From Firmicutes bacterium UBA4975 (GTDB lineage Bacteria; Bacillota; Proteinivoracia; UBA4975), in assembly GCA_002397155.1 (NCBI GenBank), contig DGZR01000079.1:873-64872 (forward strand): a stretch of DNA of 64,000 bases, read 5' to 3'. The notes below the pieces were generated by a model. That model was not told the origin of the DNA, did not search any database, and saw only the letters and a program-made list of their open reading frames with translations. Below are positions 30,823 through 42,783 of the stretch, piece by piece. How positions within the stretch are numbered: the stretch's first letter is position 1; every line of letters begins with the position of its first letter. A program made the position numbers and the translations under genes.

Positions 30823-31314
30823 GTGGAAAAAGAGATCCTTACTGAAGAATTGACCCCGGACCCGGAAGAGACACCCGAGGATTTGGGGGGGGAACTGGCC
30901 GCCCTGAAGGATAATTACACCCGGCTGGCGGCGGATTTTGCCAATTACCGCAAGCGGACCCTGCGGCAGACTGAGGAAGTGGTGGCCAGGGCCACGGAAA
31001 ACATGGTGTGCAAGCTCTTGCCGGTTTTGGACAATTTTTGCATCGCCCTGGAATCCCTTTCCGACCAGTCCGTACTAAAGGGCATGTCCATGATCTACGA
31101 GCAACTGGGCGGAGTTCTGGCCCAGGAGGGGGTCCGGGTCATCGAGACTGAGGGCTGCAGCTTCGATCCCCAGATTCACGAGGCGGTAACCCAGGTCCAC
31201 CTGGAGGAGACCCCGGACAATCTCATTGTCGAGGAAGTGCGCAAAGGCTACATGCTGGGGGGAAAAGTCATCCGCCCGGCAGCGGTCAAAGTTAACATAA
31301 AGAAGGAGGAATAG
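30823..31314 (+). CDS. grpE: nucleotide exchange factor GrpE
   Basis: LKDNYTRLAADFANYRKRT... typical GrpE. Confidence 0.9.
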   Translation: MEKEILTEELTPDPEETPEDLGGELAALKDNYTRLAADFANYRKRTLRQTEEVVARATENMVCKLLPVLDNFCIALESLSDQSVLKGMSMIYEQLGGVLAQEGVRVIETEGCSFDPQIHEAVTQVHLEETPDNLIVEEVRKGYMLGGKVIRPAAVKVNIKKEE

Positions 31315-31319
31315 ACTAA

Positions 31320-33125
<1,806 letters not shown>

Positions 33126-33176
33126 CGCAAAAAGTCAAAGCAGCCGGGCTTTGACTTCTGATGGAGGTGAAGGCCC

Positions 33177-34313
33177 ATGGCGGGATTTGACCCCTATGGC
33201 ACCCTGGGGGTAAGCCGGGACGCGGCCCCGGAAGATATAAAAAAAGCTTACCGCAACTTGGCGCGGAAGTACCATCCCGATCACAATCCCAATGACAGCA
33301 GCGCCGAAACCCGCTTTAAAGAAGTGAAAAAAGCCTACGATATTCTCTCAGACCCCGGCCGCAGGCAGGAGTATGACAGTTACGGCGTAACCGGAGACGA
33401 ACAGCCCGGAGCCGGCGGCTTCAGCGGTTTTGGCGCCGAGGGATTTGGCTTTAACTTTGGCGATATCTTTGAGACCATGTTCGGCGGAGGCTTTAGCGCC
33501 GGTGAACCCCAGTCCCGCAACCGCCGAGGGGCCGACGCCAGCGTCGATCTCAACCTGTCCTTTGAAGAGGCGGTCTTCGGCGCCGAAAAGGAAGTGGCCG
33601 CCCGGGTCATGGCCGCCTGCGAAGAATGCCAGGGCACGGGGGCCCGGGACGGCACAGCCCGCAACCAGTGTTCCCAGTGCAAGGGGAGCGGCCGTGTCCA
33701 GATGGTGCAAAACACCATTCTGGGCCGGGTAGTTCAGTCCCGGACCTGCCCTAAGTGCGGCGGCGTCGGCACCGTCATTCTCCAGCCCTGCCCCAATTGC
33801 CGGGGCCAGGGCCGGGTGGAAGCCATCACCCGAAAAAAGATTAATATTCCCGCCGGGGTGGACGAGGGCACCCGCCTAAGGGTGTCGGGCAGCGGCCATG
33901 CCGGCAGTCTGGGGGGCCCCCCCGGCGACCTCTACATCAATATCAGCGTGGGCAAGCACGAATACTTTGAACGAAAAGGGCAGAACATTTACTTGACCGT
34001 CCCCGTGGGCCTGGCCCAGGCTGCCATGGGCGTCGAGCTGGAGGTGCCCACCCTGGAGGGGCCCCGCAGACTTAAAGTGCCGGCGGGGACCGAATCTGGA
34101 GCGGTTTTCCGCTTTTCCGGCAGGGGCGTGCCCAATCTCAACCGAGGGGGGCGGGGGGACCAGGTCATGACGGTGGAAATCGAGGTGCCCAAGCGCCTCA
34201 GCCCCGAGCAAAAAGAGGCCCTGCGCCGGTACGCCAAGGCCTCCGGCGAAACAGTGGAGAACATCGACAACAGCCTGGCCAGCCGTCTCAAACGGGCGCT
34301 GGGCAGGAGGTAA
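33177..34313 (+). CDS. dnaJ: molecular chaperone DnaJ
   Basis: J-domain YRNLARKYHPDHN, G/F region, four CxxCxGxG zinc-finger repeats. Confidence 0.95.
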   Translation: MAGFDPYGTLGVSRDAAPEDIKKAYRNLARKYHPDHNPNDSSAETRFKEVKKAYDILSDPGRRQEYDSYGVTGDEQPGAGGFSGFGAEGFGFNFGDIFETMFGGGFSAGEPQSRNRRGADASVDLNLSFEEAVFGAEKEVAARVMAACEECQGTGARDGTARNQCSQCKGSGRVQMVQNTILGRVVQSRTCPKCGGVGTVILQPCPNCRGQGRVEAITRKKINIPAGVDEGTRLRVSGSGHAGSLGGPPGDLYINISVGKHEYFERKGQNIYLTVPVGLAQAAMGVELEVPTLEGPRRLKVPAGTESGAVFRFSGRGVPNLNRGGRGDQVMTVEIEVPKRLSPEQKEALRRYAKASGETVENIDNSLASRLKRALGRR

Positions 34314-34317
34314 GCAA

Positions 34318-35151
34318 ATGGATTGGACAGAAGTGCAGGTGACGGTGGCGGAAGAACTGGAAGAGGCGGTGGCCAACTTTTTTCATGAAGGGGGGGGTGG
34401 CGGCGTCGTCCTGGACCGAGGTCCGGCAGGCAGCGTCCTCACCGCCTACTTCCCCCCCAAGGAGGCCCCCCTTATCCTAGCCCGCCTGGAGGATTACTGG
34501 CGGGAGCTGGCAGGCTTGGGCTACCCCGCCCGGGGCCAAGTCGCCACCAGGCAGGTGGCCCAGGAAGACTGGGCCGAAGAATGGAAGAAATACTACCGGC
34601 CATTTTCGGTGGGCAGTACTTACATCTGCCCTTCTTGGCTGGAACCGGCGCCCGCTCCAGGCCAGACCCTGGTCCGCCTTGACCCGGGCCTGGCCTTTGG
34701 CACCGGCACCCACCCCACCACCCAATTGTGCCTCCGGGAGCTGGCAGAGCGCTGCCGGGATAAAACCGTCCTCGACCTGGGTTCGGGTTCGGGGATTTTA
34801 TCGATTGTGGCCATTAAATCCGGGGCCCGCCAAGTGACCGCGGTGGACAATGACGAACTGGCGGTGAGAGTCGCCGCCGAAAACGCCCGGGTCAACGGCT
34901 GCTCTTTCCGGCAGGTCCAAGGGGACGCTTTTGCCCTTTATGCCCAGGGCGATTACGACCTGGCAGTGGCCAATATAAGCTACCAGGCCGGGGTGCGCCT
35001 GGGAGAAATTCAGAGGCAGAAAAAAACCACTTTGATCGTCAGCGGCTTTCCCCTGGAGAGGCTGGAGGAGTACACCCGCCAGTTCGGGGACCGGGTAGTC
35101 AAAACCGCTTGCCAGGAGGGCTGGGTCTGCCTGGTCCTAGAGGCCGGTTAA
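34318..35151 (+). CDS. prmA: ribosomal protein L11 methyltransferase
   Basis: conserved position after dnaJ; VLDLGSGSGILSI SAM motif. Confidence 0.9.
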   Translation: MDWTEVQVTVAEELEEAVANFFHEGGGGGVVLDRGPAGSVLTAYFPPKEAPLILARLEDYWRELAGLGYPARGQVATRQVAQEDWAEEWKKYYRPFSVGSTYICPSWLEPAPAPGQTLVRLDPGLAFGTGTHPTTQLCLRELAERCRDKTVLDLGSGSGILSIVAIKSGARQVTAVDNDELAVRVAAENARVNGCSFRQVQGDAFALYAQGDYDLAVANISYQAGVRLGEIQRQKKTTLIVSGFPLERLEEYTRQFGDRVVKTACQEGWVCLVLEAG

Positions 35152-35859
35152 GTGGGCCGGCTCATCCTGGCCGGGCCCCTGGTCCCTGGCAGCAGGGTGC
35201 CCTTGACGGCAAGAGAGGGCCACTACTTGACCCGGGTCCTGCGCCTGGGGCCTGGGGCTATTTTTATCGGTCTCGATCCTGAAGGGGGGGCTTTTACCAT
35301 CCGCCTGGAATCGGCAGCCGCGGGGACCGTCTTGGCGCGACTGGTCGAGGACAGCCGAGAACTGTCCCGGCCTGTCCACCTCTTTTTGCCCCTGCTCAAG
35401 GGAGACAAACTGGACTGGACGGTGCAAAAGTCCGTTGAACTGGGGGCGGCCAGCCTGACCCTGTATGCCGCCCGGCGGGCGGTTCCTCTGCCGGACAACC
35501 TGGAGAAAAAGCTGGCCCGGCTGGAGAAAATAGCCCGGCAGGCAGCCCAACAGTGCCGGCGCCAGTTGGTTCCTCCTGTTCGGGGTCTTTTTACCCTGGC
35601 CGAGGCCGCCGCAGTAGGTCCGGGACTTTTTGCCTGGGAAGAAGAGACCAAGCGGGGTCTGGGCGAGGCCTTGGCGGACCGGGAGGGGGAAGTACACCTG
35701 CTCACCGGGCCGGAAGGGGGGCTGGCCGGGGAAGAGGCGGCCCTCTTGACTGAGTCCGGCTGGACCGGGGTCACCCTGGGCCGGCGGATTCTCAGGGCGG
35801 AGACGGCGGCCATCGCGCTCCTCACCTGTGTTCTCTATGCCCGGGGTGAAATGGGGTGA
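35152..35859 (+). CDS. rsmE: 16S rRNA (uracil1498-N3)-methyltransferase
   Basis: 235 aa; GPEGGLAGEE motif; conserved synteny. Confidence 0.85.
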   Translation: MGRLILAGPLVPGSRVPLTAREGHYLTRVLRLGPGAIFIGLDPEGGAFTIRLESAAAGTVLARLVEDSRELSRPVHLFLPLLKGDKLDWTVQKSVELGAASLTLYAARRAVPLPDNLEKKLARLEKIARQAAQQCRRQLVPPVRGLFTLAEAAAVGPGLFAWEEETKRGLGEALADREGEVHLLTGPEGGLAGEEAALLTESGWTGVTLGRRILRAETAAIALLTCVLYARGEMG

Positions 35860-37154
35860 AAAGGATTAGAATCGCTTTTGCCACTTTAGGCTGCAAAGTA
35901 AACCAAGATGAGACCGCCTCCCTCCAAGCCCTTTTTCTCGCCGCCGGTTTTGAAAGGGTGGATTTTACCGAGGAGGCCGAGGTCTATGTCGTCAACACCT
36001 GTACCGTCACCCACCTGGGCAGCCGCAAATCCCGGCAGATGCTGCGCCAGGCCAAGCGGCGGAACCCGGACTCCCTGGTGGTGGCGGCCGGCTGCTATCC
36101 CCAGGTGGCCCCGGCAGAGCTGGCCAAACTGGAAGAAGTGGACCTGGTGGTGGGCAACAGCCACAAGCCCCGGCTGGTGGAGCTGGTTCAGGAGGCCTTG
36201 GCCAAACGGGAACGGCGGGTCGCCGTCGAGGATATGACCGGCTTTCCCGACCTGCCGGCCCCCCTGTACTGCCACCGCCACCGGGCTACTCTGCGGATTC
36301 AGGACGGCTGCCAAAGGTACTGCACGTACTGCATTATTCCCAAAGCCCGGGGACGCCTGAGCAGCCTGCCCCTGGCCCGGGTCTTGGAAAAGGGGCGAGA
36401 ATTGGCGGCGGCGGGCCACCGGGAGATCGTCCTCACCGGCATCAACCTCACTTCCTACGGCAAGGAGAGGGAAGGCGGGGAGAGGCTGGCGGCAGTGGTG
36501 GACTCTCTGGCCCGGCAGCTAAGGCCGGTGCGCATCCGCATCAGCTCGGTAGAACCCACCGACTTTGACCCCGACCTGGTAGAGGCGATCGGCGCTAATG
36601 CCAACGTCTGCCAGGATTTTCACATACCCCTCCAATCCGGCAGCGACGGAGTCCTAGGGCGGATGGGCCGCCGGTACACCCGGGCGGACTACTTGGCCCT
36701 GGCCGCCTCTCTCAAGGAAAAGTTTGACCGGCCCTCTTTTTCCACCGATGTCATCGTCGGTTTTCCCGGAGAGAGCGAAGAAGAATTTCTCGAGACCATG
36801 GACCTGGTGAAAAGGGTGGGATTTTGCCGGCTCCACGTCTTTCGCTTTTCTCCCCGCCGGGGCACCCCCGCCGCCAGCTATGGCGGCCAAGTGGACCCGG
36901 CGACGGCGGCCGAGCGCAGCCGCCGCCTCATCGAACAGGGCCGCCTCTTGGCCCGGAACTTTGCCGCCGGGCTCTTAGGCGCAGAAGAAGAGGTGCTTTT
37001 AGAAGAGGCCAGCAGTCGGCCCGGAGAATGGGTGGGCTACGGCCGCCGCTACTTGCGCATCCACTGCCCGAGCCCGGCCGGCCCCGGCAGCCTAATTCCC
37101 GTTCGCATCACCGGCCAAGAAGAGGGAGAGCTGCTGGCCCGGCCCCTGGTCTAA
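35856..37154 (+). CDS. mtaB: radical-SAM tRNA methylthiotransferase MtaB (YqeV)
   Basis: MTTase N-terminal FATLGCKVNQDET, radical SAM CTYCIIP, TRAM C-terminus. Confidence 0.85.
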   Translation: MKRIRIAFATLGCKVNQDETASLQALFLAAGFERVDFTEEAEVYVVNTCTVTHLGSRKSRQMLRQAKRRNPDSLVVAAGCYPQVAPAELAKLEEVDLVVGNSHKPRLVELVQEALAKRERRVAVEDMTGFPDLPAPLYCHRHRATLRIQDGCQRYCTYCIIPKARGRLSSLPLARVLEKGRELAAAGHREIVLTGINLTSYGKEREGGERLAAVVDSLARQLRPVRIRISSVEPTDFDPDLVEAIGANANVCQDFHIPLQSGSDGVLGRMGRRYTRADYLALAASLKEKFDRPSFSTDVIVGFPGESEEEFLETMDLVKRVGFCRLHVFRFSPRRGTPAASYGGQVDPATAAERSRRLIEQGRLLARNFAAGLLGAEEEVLLEEASSRPGEWVGYGRRYLRIHCPSPAGPGSLIPVRITGQEEGELLARPLV

Positions 37155-37206
37155 ACCATTGGCTAAAGGTCATATATATAGACATCCAGGAATAGGGGGA
37201 ATGTAT

Positions 37207-37656
37207 ATGACCAAGCTGGTGGTGGTGGAAATCCGTCGGCTCTTGCCGGTGGCGGTGCTCTTTCTCTTGCTGCTGGCCGTATCCCTGTATGACGGGCTCA
37301 GCGGACCGGCCCAGCCCGTCCTGGCCCCGCCCAATTCAGTGCCCTACCGGACCCTGCTTCAGACCGCCCCCTCTGGAAACCAGCGCTCGGCTGTCGTCAC
37401 CGATTTGGATTCTTGGGTGGCCATGCACAACGCCCTGGGCTTGGAGCTGGGCGAGCACGGCTTTGATCCCCGCACCGAAGTGGCGGTCTTCTTGGTCAAC
37501 TGCCAGCTCGTCTCCACCCGGGAGGTCCAGGGGGTGGTGGAACTGACGACGGTGGCGGCCAAAAACAATTGCCAAGTGGTCCTGTTCAACAAGAGCCAGC
37601 TCTCGGCCCAGGCCGATCCCCAATTCTTGCTGGTCGAAACCAGCGGCGGCAAGTAG
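37207..37656 (+). CDS. hypothetical membrane-anchored protein
   Basis: ORF with an N-terminal hydrophobic helix, RBS GGGGGA; no recognisable family. Confidence 0.35.
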   Translation: MTKLVVVEIRRLLPVAVLFLLLLAVSLYDGLSGPAQPVLAPPNSVPYRTLLQTAPSGNQRSAVVTDLDSWVAMHNALGLELGEHGFDPRTEVAVFLVNCQLVSTREVQGVVELTTVAAKNNCQVVLFNKSQLSAQADPQFLLVETSGGK

Positions 37657-37702
37657 CGCTCCCTCGGGGGCGCCATTATTTTGCAGGAATTGGAGAAGAT
37701 AT

Positions 37703-38071
37703 GTGGAAGATATAGAGCAGGGGGTGTTGAACCTGGATTGCCTGTTTTGTAAAATTGCCGCTGGGGAAATCGCCGCAAGTATCCTTTACCGGGACGAGGA
37801 GATCGTCGTCTTTCGGGACATCGATCCTCAAGCCCCCGCCCATCTCCTGGCGATTCCCGTCATGCACCTGGAGAACCTGGCCGCTGCTGCCGAGAGTCAG
37901 CCCCAGCTCTTGCTGGCCCTTTTGCGCAAGTGCGCCGAACTGGGCCGGGAGTTGGGCGGACCCCGAGGCTACCGGCTGGTGGTAAACACCGGCCCCGATG
38001 GGGGACAAACTGTGGGGCACTTGCACTTTCACCTCCTGGCGGGCAGGAAGCTTCAGTGGCCCCCGGGTTAA
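37703..38071 (+). CDS. HIT family (histidine triad) nucleotide hydrolase
   Basis: CLFCKI plus HLHFHLL histidine-triad motif. Confidence 0.8.
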   Translation: MEDIEQGVLNLDCLFCKIAAGEIAASILYRDEEIVVFRDIDPQAPAHLLAIPVMHLENLAAAAESQPQLLLALLRKCAELGRELGGPRGYRLVVNTGPDGGQTVGHLHFHLLAGRKLQWPPG

Positions 38072-38076
38072 TTGCA

Positions 38077-38106
38077 TTGACAGCCGTGCCGCAATAGAGG
38101 TATAAT
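38077..38106 (+). promoter_or_regulatory. sigma-A promoter of rpsU
   Basis: TTGACA-N18-TATAAT, consensus hexamers. Confidence 0.55.
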
Positions 38107-38154
38107 TTCTTTCGTGCCTATTGTTTTGTCGGCTGTGAGGGGAGGGTAGTTTGA

Positions 38155-38334
38155 ATGTCCGAAGTAAAAATTGGCAAAAATGAATCCCTTGACAACGCCC
38201 TGCGCCGTTTCAAGCGCCAGTGTCAGCGCTCCGGCGTCCTTTCCGAAGTGCGCAAGCGTGAACACTATGAAAAGCCCAGTGTCAAGCGCAAGAAAAAATC
38301 CGAGGCGGCTCGGCGCAAGAAGAGGAGATTCTAG
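38155..38334 (+). CDS. rpsU: 30S ribosomal protein S21 (59 aa; absent from the supplied ORF track because it is under 60 aa)
   Basis: translation [59 protein letters not shown]; RBS GAGGGGAGGG. Confidence 0.9.
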   Translation: MSEVKIGKNESLDNALRRFKRQCQRSGVLSEVRKREHYEKPSVKRKKKSEAARRKKRRF

Positions 38335-38374
38335 CTGCCCATTTTTAGGCGGGCGTAACCTTCCCAGGTCACGG

Positions 38375-38404
38375 ATAACCGGCTCCCAGTCGGTTATTTT
38401 TTTA
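38375..38404 (+). terminator. rho-independent terminator after rpsU
   Basis: ataaccg-gctcccagt-cggttat + TTTTTTT. Confidence 0.65.
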
Positions 38405-38450
38405 CGGGCAGGATAATAAATAACAAGTGTAGAATACAAACTAGCGGGAG

Positions 38451-39773
38451 GTGAATGCTTTGGCAAAAAGACTGAATAAAAGGGCCGCTTTATTTTGCGC
38501 CCTGGTTTTAGCAGTGACTCTCTTTTGTCCCCCCGTCCGGGCTCAAGGCCAGGACACGGTCTACCTCATTTCTCTAGAGGGGGAGATCAATCCTTCACTG
38601 GTTTCCTCAATGAAACTGGCCTTTGCCGACGCCTCTCGGGCCAAGGCAAAGCTGATTATCCTGGAGATCGACACCTACGGCGGCCGGGTGGACTCGTCCG
38701 ACAGCATCAAGACCCTGATCTACGATTCCGCCATTCCCGTCCACGCCTATGTAAAAAAGGCGATTTCCGGGGGTACGTACGCCGCTCTGGCTTGCGACCG
38801 CATTTACATGCACCCCGGGGCGACCCTGGGGGCGGTGGAACCGGTGACCAGCGACGGACAGCCGGTAACCGATGAAAAAACCCTGTCCGTCATCGAAGGC
38901 CAACTGCGGGCAATGGCCGAGCGCCACGGCCGGGATCCCTCGATCGCCTCGGCCATGGTGCGCAAGGAGGTAGCCGTCCCCGACCTGGTAGAGGCCGGGA
39001 AGATTCTCACCCTGACGGCAAAAACCGCTTTGGCCGTGGGCTATTCCGAGGGCACAGTTTCCGGATACGAGGAAATACCGGCCCTTTCCGGCATCACCAG
39101 CCCCGACTTTCACCGATTCGTCGAATCCTGGTCCCTAAAACTGGCGGCAACGCTGACCAATCCGGTTATCGCCGCCCTCTTGCTCACCGTGGGACTTTCC
39201 GCTTTGATCATCGAACTCTTGACCCCGGGCTTTGGCGTCCCCGGCTCCATTGCCCTGGTGGCCTTTGCCCTCTATTTTGGCGGGCACATTTTCATTGGCT
39301 TTGCCCGCTCTGAATACCTCATCCTCTTTGCCCTGGGCTTGGTCCTTTTGGCGGCGGAAATCTTCACCGCCGGCTTCGGCATCCTGGGCGCCAGCGGCCT
39401 TCTCTGCATCGGAGGGAGCCTGGTCCTCTCCGCTCCCAGCCTAACCATGGGCCTGGTCACTTTGGCCGTGTCCCTGGCTGCTTCTGTCGTCGTTTTGCTC
39501 GTCGCTTTTCGTTTCCTGCGCAAAAGCCCCCTCTGGAACAAACTAGTCCTCCAGGACAACGAGACCAAGGAGCGGGGATATGTGGGACCCCGGGACCTCA
39601 GGGGCTACATCGGCGCCCAAGGGGTCGCCCTCACCCCCCTCAAGCCCGGCGGCTCTGTCCAGGTGGGTGAAGACCGCCTGGATGCCTTGTCCCAAGGCCC
39701 TTACCTGACAGCGGGCACCGAGGTGGTTGTCACCGGCGTCAGCAGCGGTTCTGTCATCGTCAGCGAAAAATGA
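38451..39773 (+). CDS. NfeD-family membrane-bound serine protease (YqeZ-like)
   Basis: signal peptide, ClpP-like domain, C-terminal TM plus OB domain; conserved partner of floA. Confidence 0.8.
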   Translation: MNALAKRLNKRAALFCALVLAVTLFCPPVRAQGQDTVYLISLEGEINPSLVSSMKLAFADASRAKAKLIILEIDTYGGRVDSSDSIKTLIYDSAIPVHAYVKKAISGGTYAALACDRIYMHPGATLGAVEPVTSDGQPVTDEKTLSVIEGQLRAMAERHGRDPSIASAMVRKEVAVPDLVEAGKILTLTAKTALAVGYSEGTVSGYEEIPALSGITSPDFHRFVESWSLKLAATLTNPVIAALLLTVGLSALIIELLTPGFGVPGSIALVAFALYFGGHIFIGFARSEYLILFALGLVLLAAEIFTAGFGILGASGLLCIGGSLVLSAPSLTMGLVTLAVSLAASVVVLLVAFRFLRKSPLWNKLVLQDNETKERGYVGPRDLRGYIGAQGVALTPLKPGGSVQVGEDRLDALSQGPYLTAGTEVVVTGVSSGSVIVSEK

Positions 39774-39793
39774 AAAAAAGGAGTTGAACTTAA

Positions 39794-40783
39794 ATGCCTC
39801 CAGAATTACTGATCATCGTCATCGTCACCCTGGGTGTTCTCGGCCTGGCCCTCTTTTTTAGCTTTGTCCCCGTCGGCCTCTGGATTTCTGCCAAGGCGGC
39901 CGGAGCCAAAGTCGGCCTGGTCAATCTCATCGGCATGCGGATCCGGCGGGTTATCCCCTCCCGCATTGTCAATCCCCTGATCAAGGCGACCAAGGCGGGG
40001 CTGGATATCAACGTCAACCAACTGGAAAGCCACTACCTGGCCGGGGGCAACGTTGACCGGGTGGTCAACGCCCTCATCGCCGCCCAGCGGGCGGACATCG
40101 ATCTGCCCTTTTCCCGGGGAGCGGCCATCGACTTAGCCGGCCGGGACGTGCTCACCGCCGTTCAGATGAGTGTCAATCCCAAGGTCATCGATACCCCCGA
40201 GATCGCCGCCGTGGCCAAGGATGGCATTGAACTCAAAGCCAAGGCCAAGGTCACCGTGCGGGCCAACATCGACCGCCTGGTGGGCGGCGCCGGCGAAGAG
40301 ACCATCATCGCCCGGGTGGGCGAGGGCATCGTCACCACCATCGGTTCTTCTCTCAGCCACAAGGATGTGCTGGAAAATCCCGACAACATCTCCAAGACCG
40401 TCCTCGACCGTTCCCTGGACTCGGGCACCGCTTTCCAAATCCTCTCCATCGACATCGCCGACGTGGACGTGGGCAAGAACATCGGGGCCCAGCTCCAGAC
40501 CGATCAAGCCGAGGCGGATAAGCGCATCGCCCAGGCCAAGGCCGAAGAGCGGCGGGCCATGGCGGTGGCCAAGGAACAGGAAATGAAGGCCATGGTTCAG
40601 GAAATGCGGGCCAAAGTGGTTGAAGCCGAGGCCGAGGTACCCAAGGCCCTGGCCGCCGCCATGCGGGATGGGCACATGGGGGCCATGGACTATTTCAATC
40701 TGCAAAACATCATCGCCGATACCCAGATGCGGGAGTCGGTAGGTAAGAGCCCGGCCAAGGCTCCGGACAAGGACAAAAAGTAG
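39794..40783 (+). CDS. floA: flotillin-like protein FloA (SPFH domain, YqfA)
   Basis: N-terminal TM then SPFH region ([24 protein letters not shown]...); 329 aa. Confidence 0.85.
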   Translation: MPPELLIIVIVTLGVLGLALFFSFVPVGLWISAKAAGAKVGLVNLIGMRIRRVIPSRIVNPLIKATKAGLDINVNQLESHYLAGGNVDRVVNALIAAQRADIDLPFSRGAAIDLAGRDVLTAVQMSVNPKVIDTPEIAAVAKDGIELKAKAKVTVRANIDRLVGGAGEETIIARVGEGIVTTIGSSLSHKDVLENPDNISKTVLDRSLDSGTAFQILSIDIADVDVGKNIGAQLQTDQAEADKRIAQAKAEERRAMAVAKEQEMKAMVQEMRAKVVEAEAEVPKALAAAMRDGHMGAMDYFNLQNIIADTQMRESVGKSPAKAPDKDKK

Positions 40784-40787
40784 ACCG

Positions 40788-41102
40788 ATGGAACTGATTT
40801 TACTGGCTATCGGCGGGATAGTCTGGGCGGTAATCAAGATCCTTTCCCAGCCGCCGCCCCAAGCCCCCCGCCCGTCGGGGCGGACCCCTGTCTCTCCTCC
40901 AAGTAAAGTCAGGGCATTTGTCCCCGCACCGGCCCGGGCGTCGGCCAGACCCGAACCCGTTTCCCCTCCGGCGGCGCCGTTTTTCGAACCCGAAGAGGAG
41001 GAGAACTGGTTTAACCCGGACAGCATCGCCCAGGGCTTTATCATGGCGGAACTCCTGGGGCCTCCCCTGGCCAAGAGGCCCCGTCGGCGGCAAGCTCAGT
41101 AA
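40788..41102 (+). CDS. YqfB-like small proline-rich membrane protein
   Basis: 104 aa; position after floA as in Bacillus yqfA-yqfB. Confidence 0.4.
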   Translation: MELILLAIGGIVWAVIKILSQPPPQAPRPSGRTPVSPPSKVRAFVPAPARASARPEPVSPPAAPFFEPEEEENWFNPDSIAQGFIMAELLGPPLAKRPRRRQAQ

Positions 41103-41107
41103 AACCT

Positions 41108-41146
41108 AGGGACAAAAAGGGAGCACTTCCTTTTTTGTCCCTTTTT
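41108..41146 (+). terminator. rho-independent terminator
   Basis: gggacaaaaaggg-N9-cctttttgtccc + TTTTT. Confidence 0.55.
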
Positions 41147-41277
41147 CATACCGCTTTGTTGGGACCGACAGTCAACTTCGCGCCAGCATAATCGCCCTTT
41201 TCGAGGAACCGGGACGAGGCCAGATCGCTTACTACACTCCCGCCAATAAATCCTCCTGGGCTTTTTTAAAAGATTAC

Positions 41278-41661
41278 TTGTTTGGCTACCACAATTATAT
41301 GGGCAACACAAAGTATCTTGGGCTGGCTCTTTTGACTTGTTTTGCCTGTTTCACCTTGCTCTACAACATCATTTGGGGGCAAAAGAAGTTCGGGGCAATC
41401 AGCCTGCACTTTGGCGCGACCAGGGCCGGTCTATTTTTTGTGCTGGGCAAGAGAATTTTACTCAATCTTTTGCTGGGCACGGCTGCCGGGCTGGGGCTGT
41501 ACCTGCTCTTGCAGAAGTTGGGCCGGATCTGGGGGGGCAGTACGCTGGCAGGGCAAACGATCCTTACGGTGTTTGGGCTCACCCTGGTCCTGCTTGGCCT
41601 GATCTTTACCTTGGCTTTCTCCCTGGTCAAATTTGAGATCAAGGAGGGGGAGAAAGCTTGA
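41278..41661 (+). CDS. small 3-4 TM membrane protein (ABC module accessory; start may be ATG 41299)
   Basis: hydrophobic 120-127 aa ORF overlapping the permease start by 4 nt. Confidence 0.4.
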   Translation: MFGYHNYMGNTKYLGLALLTCFACFTLLYNIIWGQKKFGAISLHFGATRAGLFFVLGKRILLNLLLGTAAGLGLYLLLQKLGRIWGGSTLAGQTILTVFGLTLVLLGLIFTLAFSLVKFEIKEGEKA

Positions 41662-42782
41662 ACCAAGCGCGTTTTGCCCTAAGAGACGTTGGCCGTAATC
41701 TGGCGGCGGTGATCCTGTTTATCGCTATGCTGGCCTTTACCGCCGCATTTTTAGACGAATATATCAACGATGCTTTACTATTTCAGGATGTTCTTACCCA
41801 AATCAACAGGGTGCAAGAGCATCGGATCGTCAATTTTGCCGTCATTCACCCCCAGCAACTCCTGATTAAAGCGGAGATGGAAGACCTATTGGCAGAGGTT
41901 TTGCAGGATGAAGCCGGTTACTCTGCGGTCATAAAACTGCAAAACCAAGCGCCCCGGCTGGCCGAGCTGGGCCTGACCTGTTACTATGGGTTCGGCCAGC
42001 TCAGCCAATTGTATGGTCTCGATCCCGCCGGCCTGCGGGATCCCCAGGTGCCCTTTACCGTGCTGATCGGGGCCAACGTCCGGGGGCTTGGCGTGGGCGA
42101 TACCGTGACCCTGGGGGACAAGTTCTCGAAAAACATCGAAGTGCCGGTAGCCGGACGGCTGCCTCGCTACGCCAGTTTTTTAGAGGGAGGTACTCATATA
42201 AACTACTTGGATGAGAGCATCCTGGTCTTGACCGACTATCCCTCTTGGCAAAGTTTCCATTTACGGGATACCGGTATCCTGCTCCAGAGCATTTGCTTTG
42301 TCGACAGGTCGGAAGAGGAGGTCCACGCTTTTGTTGCCGGAGTTGAAGAGTACTCCTCATTCAAAATCAGGCCCAAAGATTTTAACCAAGAGATAGGCGA
42401 GACAGCGGCGCTTTTTCGGGACTCTGCCGTCACAAATATTATTTTACATTCCCTTACCTTTATCCTGGTCGCCGCCGCTTTAATAAGCAACTTGCTCATG
42501 CTGATGGAACGCAATCTGCGGGAATACGCGATTCACCGCCTGTACGGAGCCACCCTGGGGGATCTGGCCAAGCGCATCCTGTTTTACCTCTCGTTTATCG
42601 TCTTGCCTGCTTTTGCGATTGGTTATTGGCAAATGCGGAAAAACCATCCGTTTCAACAGGTTACCCCTTATACCCTGCGGGTAATTGGGGCACTGGCCGT
42701 TCTCACCGTCGTCATCGCCGCCGTCTATCCCCTGCTCAAGCTTAAAAAACAAGATATCAGCGTCGATTTAAGGAGGGAGTAA
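41658..42782 (+). CDS. ABC transporter permease, FtsX/MacB-type (1 TM + periplasmic domain + 3 TM)
   Basis: N-terminal ALRDVGRNLAAVILF; C-terminal three-helix bundle with LMLMERNLREYAIHRLYGAT. Confidence 0.65.
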   Translation: MNQARFALRDVGRNLAAVILFIAMLAFTAAFLDEYINDALLFQDVLTQINRVQEHRIVNFAVIHPQQLLIKAEMEDLLAEVLQDEAGYSAVIKLQNQAPRLAELGLTCYYGFGQLSQLYGLDPAGLRDPQVPFTVLIGANVRGLGVGDTVTLGDKFSKNIEVPVAGRLPRYASFLEGGTHINYLDESILVLTDYPSWQSFHLRDTGILLQSICFVDRSEEEVHAFVAGVEEYSSFKIRPKDFNQEIGETAALFRDSAVTNIILHSLTFILVAAALISNLLMLMERNLREYAIHRLYGATLGDLAKRILFYLSFIVLPAFAIGYWQMRKNHPFQQVTPYTLRVIGALAVLTVVIAAVYPLLKLKKQDISVDLRRE

Positions 42783-42783
42783 G

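Noticed and set aside
38171-38416. 81 aa track ORF overlapping the rpsU region in another frame
   Set aside because: The 59 aa S21 reading frame (38155-38334) has an unmistakable ribosomal-protein sequence, promoter, RBS and terminator. The 81 aa frame has none of these.
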